Both the position numbers and the translations under genes were made by a program. Shown one piece after another: positions 63,385-64,000 of a stretch of DNA of 64,000 nucleotides (position 1 is its first letter; each line of letters begins with the position of its first letter). The notes under the pieces were generated by a model. That model ran no database searches. It saw only the letters and a list, made by a program, of their open reading frames with translations, and was not told the origin of the DNA. Source of the DNA: Pocillopora damicornis (Eukaryota); contig NW_020847264.1 of assembly GCF_003704095.1 (NCBI RefSeq), positions 1 to 64,000 of the forward strand. The letters are read 5' to 3'.

Positions 63385-64000
63385 CTGTTTGAGAGTCGAA
63401 ACAGAGATGTGTTAAAACCTTAGGAATAAAATTAAAGTAACATTTCTGACTCGATCACCAAGAATGGGTCGCCAAGGAGTAAAGGGTCTCTAGGGAGCGA
63501 AAAAAACGACAAGGGGGTGGAGAGGGACACAGTGGACCCCCAGAACGGGTTCTCTACGATTATCATATTGTTTTGGGACAAGAGGGAGGCACAGTGTAGA
63601 TTGAAATTCACTAAGTAGGCGTCAATTTGACGGCTTTTGCAATACACCGACACAAATGCTGAATACCTACGCAAAGGAGCAAGTGCTTGAAAATGTTCCT
63701 AAGTTGTTAGACTAGACTATCATGATATTAAACTAGTAGAGATAGTATTGTTCAGCTGAATAATTTTGTTGTTTATTCTGTCAGATAGCAGAATAATGCG
63801 GTTTCAAAGCTTTAATATCGGCCAAGTGCCGGAAAAGCTTACACAATCGAGGTCTTTTTATTCCCAAGGCTGTAGAAGACTCGGACGACAGAGGAATTGT
63901 CGTCCACATCGTAGAGGTGACAAGCACATGACAAACGCATGAGGAAACTTCAAGGGATCACGGCATAAAACTACCGTAACAAACGACATTGTACAAGTAC

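Noticed and set aside
1-64000. CRISPR arrays, operons or prokaryotic defence systems
   Set aside because: Spliced eukaryotic genes throughout; no repeat-spacer arrays seen.

Overview
AT-rich, intron-rich eukaryotic scaffold with ten N-gaps. Gene content and repeat style suggest a cnidarian, probably a stony coral (inference, not proven). I rebuilt nine genes by hand from splice sites and motifs: IMMP2L (-, 3' end outside the window) head-to-head with an NUBP1/Nbp35-like Fe-S scaffold gene (+); an archaemetzincin-like exon with an in-frame TGA; monoglyceride lipase with a GC-AG intron inside its GHSMGG motif; EDEM1, whose first three exons lie on an inverted gap-bounded contig; a type-I membrane protein with two ependymin/LolA-like repeats (-); an intronless class-A GPCR lacking D2.50, R3.50 and Y7.53; SLMAP (+); and a BK-channel beta (KCNMB/TipE)-like gene (-, 5' end outside the window). 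The most unusual features are (i) a young Penelope-type palindromic insertion with a minimal hammerhead ribozyme and a 15-bp TSD, (ii) a tRNA-derived element with the same palindrome+tail+TSD architecture, and (iii) an unannotated pair of small ORFs sharing GTFWVYWRP, one with an MGxxxS N-terminus. TTAA-flanked piggyBac-type MITEs, tRNA SINEs and microsatellites are abundant. All homology calls come from motif recognition; no searches were run.
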